This document shows positions 50,425-61,122 of a stretch of DNA of 64,000 nucleotides, piece by piece. The notes under the pieces were generated by a model that saw only the letters and a list, made by a program, of their open reading frames with translations, had not been told where the DNA came from and made no database searches. The translations under genes were made by a program, and so were the position numbers. Origin of the DNA: Vitrella brassicaformis CCMP3155 (Eukaryota; Protista; Chromerida); assembly GCA_001179505.1 (NCBI GenBank), contig CDMY01000343.1, positions 48,201-112,200 of the forward strand, read 5' to 3'. Positions within the stretch are counted from its first letter, which is position 1, and every line of letters begins with the position of its first letter.

Positions 50425-51609
50425 GCTCTCTCTCTCTCTGTGTATGTGTGTCTTATGTGTAGGTTGGCCCAGAAGACCATGGGCACTGCGCGTGACAACT
50501 ACCCGGAGGGCGTCGCAAAGATACTCATCATCAACACACCATGGTGTGTACGTTAGCAAACTAACAGACATATAGACAGACAGACAGACAGGGGGAGAAA
50601 AAGGGGTAGACGGATGTGTATGCGTCTATCGTATCGGCTGCTTCTAGGATGTTTTCGACTTTCTGGAAGGGCATCTCGCGGTGGATGCGGCCGCGGACAC
50701 TCGAAAAAGTGGACAGACACAGATCCATCCATCCATCTCTGAGAGTGTGTGTGTGTGTGTGTGTTGTGTGTGCAGGTGGCCATTCTTGGCAGTGAGTTCG
50801 AGCAGACCGTCTTTGAGAGTGTCGACAGGTACACACACAGACACAGACACACACACACTTTTACACACTCCGTCCCCTGGGACGGGTCAACGCCACATTG
50901 ATTTGATTGCCTTCAGTGCCAACCTTCCCCCATTCCTCGGCGGCACCAGCACGTCGCCCCTCGCTGACGTGCCCAAAACCGGACTGCTCGAGGAAGACCG
51001 GTGGCTTAACACACACACACATCCATCCATCCATCCCGTCAATGTGTGTATGGTATGTGCAGGTTCGCCTTGGGGAGCGGCAAGATCACCGCCGAGATCG
51101 CCGCGGGCAAGAAGCTGCAAGTGCCCTACCAGGTGAGAATCACATCAGATAGACACACGAGTCAGTCGAGTCCACACATGCTCGCTCGTCCATCCTCTCC
51201 ATGTGTGTAGGTGCGTTCTGGGCACACGATTTATTGGGCGTGGGGCGTCATGGCCATGGACGTCGGCTTCACCATCAACATGAGAACCACCGTGAGTGCG
51301 CACTCAGACAACACACCTACAGCGCCCCACACAATCAGTCCCCTCTCTCTCTGCACCGATCAGGTGCCGGGCAGCATGTCTGTCGAGGAGAAAGCCCTCC
51401 TCAACTACGCCAGACACTCATCCGAAAGGTCTTCTCGCATCCCACACCACACACACATGAACATTGGTGTGTTGACGTTCGGATGCACCCAGGGCGTTGC
51501 GAGGCTCGCTGACGTTCGCTTCTGACGGCATTGTGACGTTCGTGTGGGACAACACATTCAGCTTCCTCAGGGCGAAACAAATCGCTTACAAGGTGGGTGA
51601 GAGGAACCA

Positions 51610-51644
<35 letters not shown>

Positions 51645-51747
51645 GCTGGCGTGTGTCGTTCGTGTGTGTGTGCAGATCGAGGTGGTGCGTCCCGAGGACA
51701 CCGAGCAGCTGGCGCAGAACCTCCGCGAAGAGTTCAACAACAGCTGA
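48599..51747 (+). CDS. SEC14-like CRAL-TRIO lipid-binding protein with a C-terminal GOLD domain
   Basis: DIRLLRFLRG, YRAHIEWREQNGVD, IQDMAGLS, RDNYPEGVAKILIINTPW and NLPPFLGGT. GOLD-like WAWGVMAMDVGF and VWDNTFSFLRAKQIAYK. TGA at 51745-51747. Confidence 0.88.
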
Positions 51748-52183
51748 TATGCCGATCGATCGATCGATCGGCATCTGTGTCCGTACGTACGAGATGTGTG
51801 TAGACATCTGACGTGATCGTTAGGGTGTTTTTGACCTACCGTATATTGATTGGCGTGAAAGACATACTTCAGACAGTTTTGCTGCCATCCTTCCTTGTCG
51901 TGCTGCCCTTCTTATTCCCTTGCCTGCCTGCCCTGCCCTGCCTGCGTGTACCATACATACATACATATCGTTTGCTCGTTCATTGCCACGACTTACAGTA
52001 CTTCCGTCAACGAACATCTTTACATCATAGCGCCGGCCCCAGTGCAGTGCATTCAAGAGTGTTTGAGGAAGGTAAGTGCTGCGTGACGTGAATGAAGTCG
52101 GCGCGAAGGTACATGCAGCTAGTAGCTCGTGGCTCACTCAATCAAGGCGAGACATCATCATCATCATGGTGCACACTACTGCC

Positions 52184-52805
52184 CTACTTGCCTTTGCTCT
52201 TGCCTGAGATGCCGATGCCTTCCTGGATGTGCTTCTTCTCCCAGCAGATCTGCTTGCCCTTGAGCCCCTCCTTGACCAGGCACGTCGACCCATCGCCGCA
52301 CCGGTGGCCGAATGGAGGCAACCCGTGACTGTGAGAATCCCGCCTGCGTCTCTCTCTCTCTGTCTCTCCCTCTTTCTGTGTGTGTGTGTCTGTGTGTGTG
52401 TGTGTGGTTGCAGGTACCATTCGTCCCCGGGATCTCCCTTCTCCTGCAGACAGACAGACAGAGCGACCGACCGCCCGACCGACAGACATGCACGAGAGAA
52501 AAAACGGCTCACCTTGCAGGCTTTTACGGGGCTCTCCAGTTTGCCGCCTGTTCCGAAGTCCCACAGCTTCTCGAAGCACTTTCGGCCCTTACCACAGTCG
52601 TTGTCCTTCTTGCACCCCTCTCCGGTCGTCAACGCCGCCCGCCGGCTGGCTGCACAGAAAATGCCGAGCTGTGACAGCGCATTGATGTGAGTGCCCACCT
52701 ACCAATATTCTTGACGGGGATGCGCAAGGAGTCACAGAGCCCCACAATGGCGGCCACATGTACAGTCACACAGGCAAGGAGGACCACGCGTGCCTTCGGA
52801 ATCAT
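52184..52805 (-). CDS. Small secreted cysteine-rich protein
   Basis: Signal peptide MIPKARVVLLACVTVHVAAIVG, then GEGCKKDNDCGKGRKC...KACK, EKGDPGDE, HRCGDGSTCLV...QICW, ending KSKGK*. Confidence 0.6.
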
Positions 52806-52916
52806 TGAGACGACCTGCATCAATTGCGACAGAGACGCAGGCAAAGACGGCACTTCTGCGTGTTGTGTACGTATGCGGGTCCGATGTGTTGTCACCATCA
52901 AGCAAGAGGTCAATGG

Positions 52917-54245
52917 ATGGGATGCCTTTGGGATCTTTGTGGATGCAAAATGAAAGACAAACCACGGGGGGAGCGGGGGCCCCGGGGGCCAAGGCGAGCT
53001 AAGACATCCGACTCATCCCTCGAGGCCAAGGTTCGTCATGCAAGGTGACACTGGACTTCCGCTTCGTTTGTCCAGACGTCCGCCCCTCTGTCTGCCTGTC
53101 TGTCAGTCAGGTTGGTTGTGGAATGAAGTAAGCCGCTCCGCTCCCAGGCATGCATGACCTGTTCGACGTGGTGAGAGCTGGGGATCTTGAGGTCCTCATT
53201 CAGATGCTGGACGTCCACGGCCTCAAAATCCTCGACACACGCGACGAAAGCGGCATTTTGCCCCTTGGATTGGGCTGCTTCCGCACAGCCTTTCTATGGG
53301 CTGCCGATAGAGGTCGTGCATGCTTATAAGAGATCGACAAACAAACCTTCCGCCGATGTGTGTGTGTCCTGCAGGTCATCTGGACATCATGCGTGAGATT
53401 GTCTCGCGATACGGCCTGAAAATACTGAAGCAGCTGAGTATTGTGAGCAGCCACCACTGAGCAGTAGGCAGCTGGTCGATTATGCACACGTGTGTGAGTG
53501 AGTGCAGAATGGCCGGACGCCACTGCACATGGCGGCGGCCAGCGGGAAGACTGCGGCTGTCGGTCGGCTGATGGCATGGGACGACAGCATGATCGATGCG
53601 CGGGACATTGTGCGTACGGAACAAACACACAAAGAATACGCCCGGCCCCGAATATATGTGTATGTGAATGTCTCGCGCATGGCATGCAGTATGGCTGCAC
53701 GCCATTCGGCTGGGCTGCCACGTTTGATCATGTGCCGTGCATGAAGGTCAACAGACATGCATCCTAGGCCTTCTCATGGCCGCTCTCTCTTGATTGATTG
53801 GATCGTTGACTTGGTGTCTCTCCCTCTGTCTGTCTGTCTGTCTGTTTGTCGTGCGTGCGTGCGCGCAGCTGATGTATGTCAACAAGGGGAAAGCTGCCGA
53901 GTTCCTAACACAACAAGACTTCGTAAGCCAGACCACAGCAGAAAGAGACATGACCGACCTGACCTCTCTTCTTGATCCATTTCTTGACAGGATGGCAACA
54001 CGGCGCTGCACACTGCAGCCCACTTCAACAACACAGCTACTGTAGAGCAGCTACTGAAGTGGGGCGGAGAACAAGACCTGCCTCTGCTCAGAATCAGCAA
54101 CCATGAGGTGCGCATCAATGCCATCCATCCATCCATCCATATGCAGACACATTGCTGCCTGTCGCGTCGCGTGTAGGGGAAGACTCCGTGGGATTGTGCT
54201 TTGGGCCACCCGCGCATTAGGCAGCTAATGAGGAGATACGGATAA
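52917..54245 (+). CDS. Ankyrin-repeat protein with an N-terminal MGC acylation-like motif
   Basis: Starts MGCLWDLCGC. Ankyrin repeats NGRTPLHMAAASGK, YGCTPFGWAA, DGNTALHTAAHFN and GKTPWDCA. TAA at 54243-54245. Confidence 0.8.
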
Positions 54246-55126
54246 TAGATAGATAGGTGCAGGCAGACAGGCAGGCAGGCAGGCCAGCAGACGGACAGAC
54301 GCCTGTAATGGATAATATGAGTTTCTGGGCGTTAGTTAGATGGGACTTTTGGGACAGATGCAATGCATGGATGTCTGTCTGTCTTCCGCAGAACACAGAA
54401 CTGGACACCTCGATTCAAGCCGAACTGGACCGAATCTCTGGCCAGAGTCGATGTCTTCTCTGTCTGTCCGTGTGTGTGTCTGTGTGTGTGTCTGTCTGTG
54501 CGACAGCAAGGGAAAGGAGAGAGAGAGAGAGACACGCACAGCCCGACAATACACAGCACACATAATGTGTCTCCTGCTTTGGTCTTTGTTTGTTCTCCTC
54601 CCTCCTATCTACTTATTTGTCCCTCAACCAGGCCTGATTGAAAGACACAGAAGCCCGTCGCTGAAGAGAGAGAGAGACACAGACAGAGAGAGGGCGTGCA
54701 GTGCGGGTGTGTGTATCTGTGTCTGTGCGTGTGTTGTGGGGGGACGGAGCGGTGCAGCCTACCTGTGTGTGCGTGTCGAGGCGGCAGATTCTACGCGCCC
54801 TATTCGGGGCCGTGTGCAGAAAGTAAACATCGAGCATCATATGTGCAGAAAGGGGATCGATGTCATGGATACAGTTTGACCGATGGACTGACTCATGCAG
54901 TACATGTACACCTAATTGTCTTGTGCATGAGCAGTCTTGATCACTTCACAACACACACACACACACAAACACGGGCATATGCTCTTCATTCAAGCGTGCA
55001 ATGAACACAGTTGACGTCACATGACGGGACGGCACATCGCCTGTCTGCCCGTCTCTCTCTCTCTCTCTCTCTCTCTTTCCTGCTTAAAAACGACGATCGG
55101 CACTATCTGTCTGTTTTGCTAGGCGT

Positions 55127-56456
55127 TCACGTCTCATCCTCCTGCCGCCACACCATGCCCCCCAGGTGGTCCCCCAGCACTCTCATCACAACGGTGCGCG
55201 TGTGGTCGTGGGGGGCCGACTCGGTCGTGAAGATCTCCACACGTCGTCCATTCGTCCGTGTCAGCCGAATGACTGCCATGTGCCCCTCGCCCATTGCCTC
55301 ACTGCCCAGCACCACCAGCCGGCGATGCCATCCGTCCTCCCACTTTTGGTCGAATACGGCCGCCCCCCACTGTGCCGCATCGCTGTGAGAGGCCGTCAGC
55401 CGATCACCCGCACGGAAGTACGCGGCAGAGGCACGACAGTAAGACGACCAGTGTCTGATGCGATTGATGTGGTTCCCTTCATCAAGCCGGTCGAACACAA
55501 TGAAGGCCACCATGGACGTGTAGTTGGGGTACGTCCCGCCGTCCAGCTGTGTGTGTGGGTCGGCGGGGTCGAATGGTGCATGAGGGAAGAGGGGGCTGGC
55601 AGAGTCGAGGAGGGAGGGGAGCTGATAGCCGGGCCACTGGTTTAGAATCGAGTCGCCGTCCATCAGGGGTCTCTGTTGGCCTCCCTGATTGACAGTGGCC
55701 CCCCAGCTGAGTATCTTCCACTGGCGGACCGCCTCCGTCTCACTCATGAAGGCCGCCCGGCTGCCGAAGACGCCGAAGTTGTCATCCCTCAGCACCAGTG
55801 GCCTCTTGCCTCTCAGCAGATACAGCATCTCCACCACAGGTTTCCATCTGGCCCAGCTGCCGCCCCTCTCGAGCATGAACAGCCGGCGGCTGAGCTGTTC
55901 GATGAGGGCCCTGGTCAGGGCCACCGTGACGGCCACACCCTGAGTGAGCTGTGGGACGGGCACCTCCACCAACACACCGAGGCCGAGTGACGCCGCCACA
56001 ATAGGCAGCAGACGGATCAGGATGGGCAGCAGGACGGTGTGTGAGAGGGCGGTATGGCGGCTCTTGTCGATGCGGCGGAAGGCACACAAGTCGGCATAGC
56101 TGCTGAGGCACTGGGCGATGGCCGCCGTCACTTCAGCAGGGAGGGCAGCGAAGGGAACGCCCTCTCGCTGATTGCCGCCTGTGACCATTACACACACAGA
56201 CACTTGTACATACAGACCATCACACATTATATACGTCTGCATGATTGTGTCTTTCCGCAGTGAACATGTTGGGTTACCATTGGCAGCAGACGCAGCCGAT
56301 GATGTGCTACAAGTGCCAGCCCTATTACGAGCAGCAACCGGCATCTGGCAACGCTCACAGAGTGGCACAGACAGGCATCAGTTGTGCATGCGGTGCTTCT
56401 TTTCTCGCTGGCCTCACCGTGAACAGGCCTGTCAGCCATCGCCAGGCACTGAACAT
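55127..56456 (-). CDS. Subfamily-B member B3 (F-box-like), head-to-head with A3
   Basis: MFSAWRWLTGLFT / ...SAAN / GNQREGVPFAALPAEVTAAIAQCLSSYADLCAFRRIDK...VWRQEDET*. Confidence 0.8.
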
Positions 56457-56943
56457 GCCGGCGAAGCATCCTGGGGATTGACCGTTCATCTCGCTGCCAC
56501 ACACGAGAGAGAGAGCAGCAGACCTTGTGAGTGACAGATCTTCCACAGACACACAGAGGTCACACAGACTGTCATCCCTCATGCATCAGGCCCTCTTGCT
56601 TGTCCTCTCTCACCTCAATGAGCCAGATGAGCATCACTCAGACAGATGGGCGGCGGCATCTGTGTGGACCGATGACATCACGACAGCTCTTTGGGCAACT
56701 CCCACACACTCTACACGGCCCCGTTGTCAGAGGAAATGTAGGGGAAAAGGGAGAGGCCTGCATGCTAAGCTCGCAGATGGATCAGCTCGCAGACGGAAGT
56801 CTTTGCAGCCTCTCGGTCCACTCAGTGAGGGTAAGATGGCAGCCAGAAATGCCAAAAACCAGATGCCTTTCTGTGTCTGCTGTGTGCCTGCAGATCTCCC
56901 ACGCAAATCACGCCTCTCTGAGACCTTTCCACAGCCACGACTG

Positions 56944-58053
56944 ATGCGGCCCACTGGTGCAGCGCCCTCGTCCCAGCCCCTCTTCCAGCCCGCCGAGCTC
57001 TTTGACATGTCATTGCCCATCAGCAAGATGGCCCGCATGGCCATGTCCACTGACGATGCCACGCGAGCCGCTCTCCGCTCACAGATCGTCACCCTCACTC
57101 GGCAGCAGGAGCTGCTGGGCCACACCTCGGCGACCGTCACCAGCACGCTGCTCAACGGCGTCCAGCGGCACATCAACAAGGCCATCAGTCGTCTTGGCTT
57201 GGAGGACGTCTTGGCCTTCGACATTGCTGGTGACGTGGAGGGCGGCTTGAGGGTCGTCTGGCTGCTGAAGCAGGGCAGCGGTGAGGAGTGGCGGGCGATG
57301 GGGCGGTTCCTTCGGCTGGCCTTCATCCATCGGCTGACCCCCGCCAACACGGCTCGGCCCCTTCAGCTGTCGGCCGACTCGCTGCCCACAGCAACGGCCT
57401 TGCACCAGCTGCCGATCGCATTGGCCATCTACAAAGCATTCGGCGACCTCCTCACACACGGAGGGACCAGCCTGGCGCTGCAGCAGGCCGACAACGGGGC
57501 CTATCGGATTGGCACTTTCACCTTCCGTGTGGTGGCATATGGTGATCTGCCGGGTGGCCATCGCTGCGCCAACGGCTACAGGGGGACCGACCCCGCCATC
57601 CGCTGGGGCTTTTTTCTGTACCCCTCATTCTCGGCATGTCTCCTGCACACGCTGCTGTACCGATGGGCCCACGAGGAGGGGGTGAATGTGAGGAAGGTGC
57701 TGCGGGCAGATATCGGCCGTCGTGACCCTCGCTATGGCCGTCTAATGATCGAGGGCATCACAGAGGATCAGGGCATCGCTGTCGACTTCCGTTTCGACTG
57801 GGGCGATCTGAATGCGAATCCGACTGACTATCGTCATGTGATAGTGAGTGGCTTCCGACCAAACGAGGCCGTCGCCGCCTTTCTATGGGTGGAGTCCGGC
57901 CGCATCGCTATGTGGACAGCCGAGCGATCTGCGGCCGATCGGTCTCATCCACTCGTTCAGCGCTTCCCCGAGTCGGTCGGTGCTGTCCGCCGTGTGCTGA
58001 GGGCATTCGGCGTCGAGCGTGACGTCATCGAGAGGGGGATGGTGCTACTGTGA
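56944..58053 (+). CDS. Subfamily-A member A3, intronless, apparently intact, non-F-box N-terminus
   Basis: Open frame with LKQGSGEEWRAMGRFLRLA, DPAIRW, VIVSGFRPNE and MWTAE, colinear with A1 and A2. Confidence 0.8.
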   Translation: MRPTGAAPSSQPLFQPAELFDMSLPISKMARMAMSTDDATRAALRSQIVTLTRQQELLGHTSATVTSTLLNGVQRHINKAISRLGLEDVLAFDIAGDVEGGLRVVWLLKQGSGEEWRAMGRFLRLAFIHRLTPANTARPLQLSADSLPTATALHQLPIALAIYKAFGDLLTHGGTSLALQQADNGAYRIGTFTFRVVAYGDLPGGHRCANGYRGTDPAIRWGFFLYPSFSACLLHTLLYRWAHEEGVNVRKVLRADIGRRDPRYGRLMIEGITEDQGIAVDFRFDWGDLNANPTDYRHVIVSGFRPNEAVAAFLWVESGRIAMWTAERSAADRSHPLVQRFPESVGAVRRVLRAFGVERDVIERGMVLL

Positions 58054-58439
58054 GGGGTGAGTGGTGAGTGTTGGTGGAGGAGGGTCTGTCTGTGTGAGCA
58101 CAGTGGTGGAATGGGACTAAGTGGGTTTGAATAGGCGACGTGACTGACTGGATTGTGTGTGTGCCATGGTTGACAGAGAGATTGGAAAGAAAGGATTGTG
58201 CAGCTGCCAGCCTAGGCTATTCCCAGGTTATAAGCCTGGCAGCTGGCTACGGGGCTGGTCGCCTGAGCAATGCATGCAATGCATGGTGGTTAGGTGGGAA
58301 GTACTTTTGGTGCCGACAACTGTTGACTATATATTGTCATGCATATATTAAAGGTTCAGCACTGTTCTTTCTCTCATTTCAAGGCCTCAAAGCGAGTTCG
58401 CTCGCAAAACGATTTGCTACCGGCCCCATTCGTGATTAT

Positions 58440-59150
58440 TTACGCTTGTCACTATAGCTTTCACAAGCCACCCACGGCCCATGCGGCGGCCTCGTGTGAC
58501 GGTAGTGGTAGTCAACAACCTGTCCTAATTTTCCAAGGTGCTGGTGTGAAGATACAATCGACTGGTACGCGGTGCCTCGACAAACAATCCTGCGTGTCTG
58601 CGTAATTCGCTGTTATCACTATGGCTTTCATAGGCAACTGCAGTCCATACAGGGCCTCGTGTGACCGTCATAATATTAAACAGCGTGTCCTTATTATGTG
58701 TTTGTCCGCCAAAGCTTCAATGCATACATGATCAGCTATAACGGTCAGTTCTACGGATAGCTGCCATTCGCTGCCTCGCGAGAATATGAAACAGCGTGTC
58801 CTTATTATGTGTGCACTTCGATGTGGGCACATATTTAAGTGGTATGCGTTGCCCGGTCAAACAATTCTGCGTCTCTTGGTGATTTACAGTTATCGTTGTC
58901 GATTTCACAGTCAACTACAGCCCATACGGGGACCTTTTGTGACCGTCATAATATTAAATAGCGTGTCCTTATTATGTGTGGACTTCAATGTGGGCACACA
59001 CTTCAGTAGTACGCGTTGCCACATCAAACAATCCTGCGTCTCTTGGTGATTTACAGTTGTTGTTGTCGCTCACAGGGAACTGCAGCCCATACAGGGGCCT
59101 CGCGAGATGGTGATGACATTAAACAGCGTGTCGTCTATTGACACACCGTA
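58440..59150. repeat. Imperfect ~165-bp tandem repeat (satellite-like), about 4-5 units
   Basis: The anchor a(c/t)agcgtgtc(cttattatgtgt) occurs at ~58515 (degenerate), 58680, 58791, 58958 and 59123. Spacings are 165, 111, 167 and 165 bp. The region is AT-richer and lacks microsatellites. Confidence 0.85.
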
Positions 59151-60142
59151 CAGCAAGCGCCTCTATCGCTGGCAGCGGCCCTCTGTGAAATCTTTCACGG
59201 ATCTAGCATTCTGTTGATGAAGGCAAGAAGTGACAGATAGAGGTTTTATCGGTGTATGCGTGTCGACGTCCGATGCTGTGCGGTGCAGGGTGTGTGGTGG
59301 TGTGTTCACTTGTATGTGCATCTGATCGTCCATCAAGAACGGCAGGCAGTCAAGAAGCGGACCATGCGGCAACCAATCTTTGTCTCCCACACATACGTCT
59401 GTCTGTCTGCATCTCTCTGTGTCTGTGTCTGTCCGTCTGTCTGACTGTCTGCCTGCCTGCCTGCCTGTCTACCTGCCTGCTCGTGTCTCTCACCCTCAGT
59501 GGCAGACAGACGAGTGAATGCGTTATTTATCAATCTGTGGGTGCAGTGCGGCGGTGAGTGTAAAGGTATATGAAGCCGCATCAGGCCTGATTATAGTGTT
59601 CGTCAGGTTGCGCCGATGGGTATGAGGTAGTCTACATTCATTCATTCACAACGCACACACACAAACCAATCCTGGCGCTTATCCATCGGAACATCGCTTC
59701 GGTGCATAAGGATAGATGGGCAAAGAAAAGCTCACAGACGGAAAAATATCAGCCTTTGTCCCACCGCAAAGACGAGACATACGATTGTCGTTTTAACCCA
59801 ATGCGTCCACTCACACATGAATGAGTGCACACACGAAGAGTTGAATCACTGCTTGTACTCCGAAGACTCCAGTGTTTGTTTGCTACTGTCCAGTCACATA
59901 AGGCACAGGCGATGAGAACGCAAGTCACGCCATACATTCGCCTCACACATGCCATTAACCGTCCACGGCAGAGAGTCAAGACAATGCAAGGCACCGCACA
60001 GTACACACAAGATGCGCTTCGCAGACAGGCAGAGACAGACAGAGGGAGAGTTGTTGCTTGGCTGTCGATATGTCTGTCTGTCTGTCTGTCTCACCCTCAA
60101 GCAATCGTAGTCTTAACTACCCGTCCTGCCACCCATTTCCCT

Positions 60143-60451
60143 CTATTCGTTCTCCCTTCGCCACACCATGCCCTCCAGCTGATCCGCTAGCACTCTCATC
60201 ATCACGACAGTGCGCGTCTGTTTGTGGGGGCCCACTCGGTCGTGGAGATCCAACCATGACGCAAAGCCCCCCAGCAATGCAGGCAAACGGTCGTCATGTG
60301 CCCCTCGCACCATCGCCTCACTACCTACCACCACCAGCCGGCAATGCCATCCGTCCCGCTTTTCGTGGAACACGGCCGCCCCCCAGTATCTGATGCGGCG
60401 GATGTGCCAGCCGTTCACCGCCACCCGGCATACCTCACCCAAGTTCGTCAC
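60143..60451 (-). pseudogene. 5'-truncated subfamily-B fragment B4
   Basis: Only the C-terminal ~100 codons remain (WGAAVFHEKRDGWHCRLVVVGSEAM...RVLADQLEGMVWRRENE*), with compensating indels relative to the paralogs. Confidence 0.8.
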
Positions 60452-61122
60452 ATGGCGTCACAGAGCGTCCAAAAAGAACTCCATCAGGCTGGAACGCCAC
60501 ACACACACAGAGAGAGACACACACACACACCCTACAAACACGCGAGAACTAGACACCCCCAGAGACAAGCCATATGCAATCAACTCATGAATACGCCAAC
60601 AATGCTGTGCACACACCTCAGCGCCCATCCCACCCCACAGACACGACGAATGATACAACAGAACATCTCTCTGATTTTGCCCGAGTGTGGGCGAAGCGAC
60701 ACACAAGAGAGATAGGAAAGTGGGTCAGCCATCAATCTCTGCTGCTGTGTACATTACATGCACGTAGCGATAAACCTGTCCCCCTCCCACACACGACCTC
60801 GCCGGACCACGGCTGATGGGCTGATGGATGGATGCTTTCGTGCCATCAACCTGCGCACCAAGCAGATCCAGATCCACACACATGCACGACATCGGCTCAA
60901 AAAACACGCACTTGCCTGCTTGCTGACAAAACACGACATGTCCCTTCTCGCTGCTTGCTGACTTTTCAAAACACGCCTGCCTTCCAAGGCGAGCAAAATC
61001 ACACACCACATTCTACCCATGTTTGCGACTAGCCAGTGTTGGAAGGATCGAACAGAACAGGCCAAAAAACTATGACGCCACGACGAGCGAGCGACACATA
61101 CATGCACACCGACATACACCCC

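Noticed and set aside
56527-56943. 139-aa N-terminal extension of the 508-aa ORF
   Set aside because: It begins at a non-ATG codon and runs through the shared promoter and UTR module, which is not open in the homologous copies.
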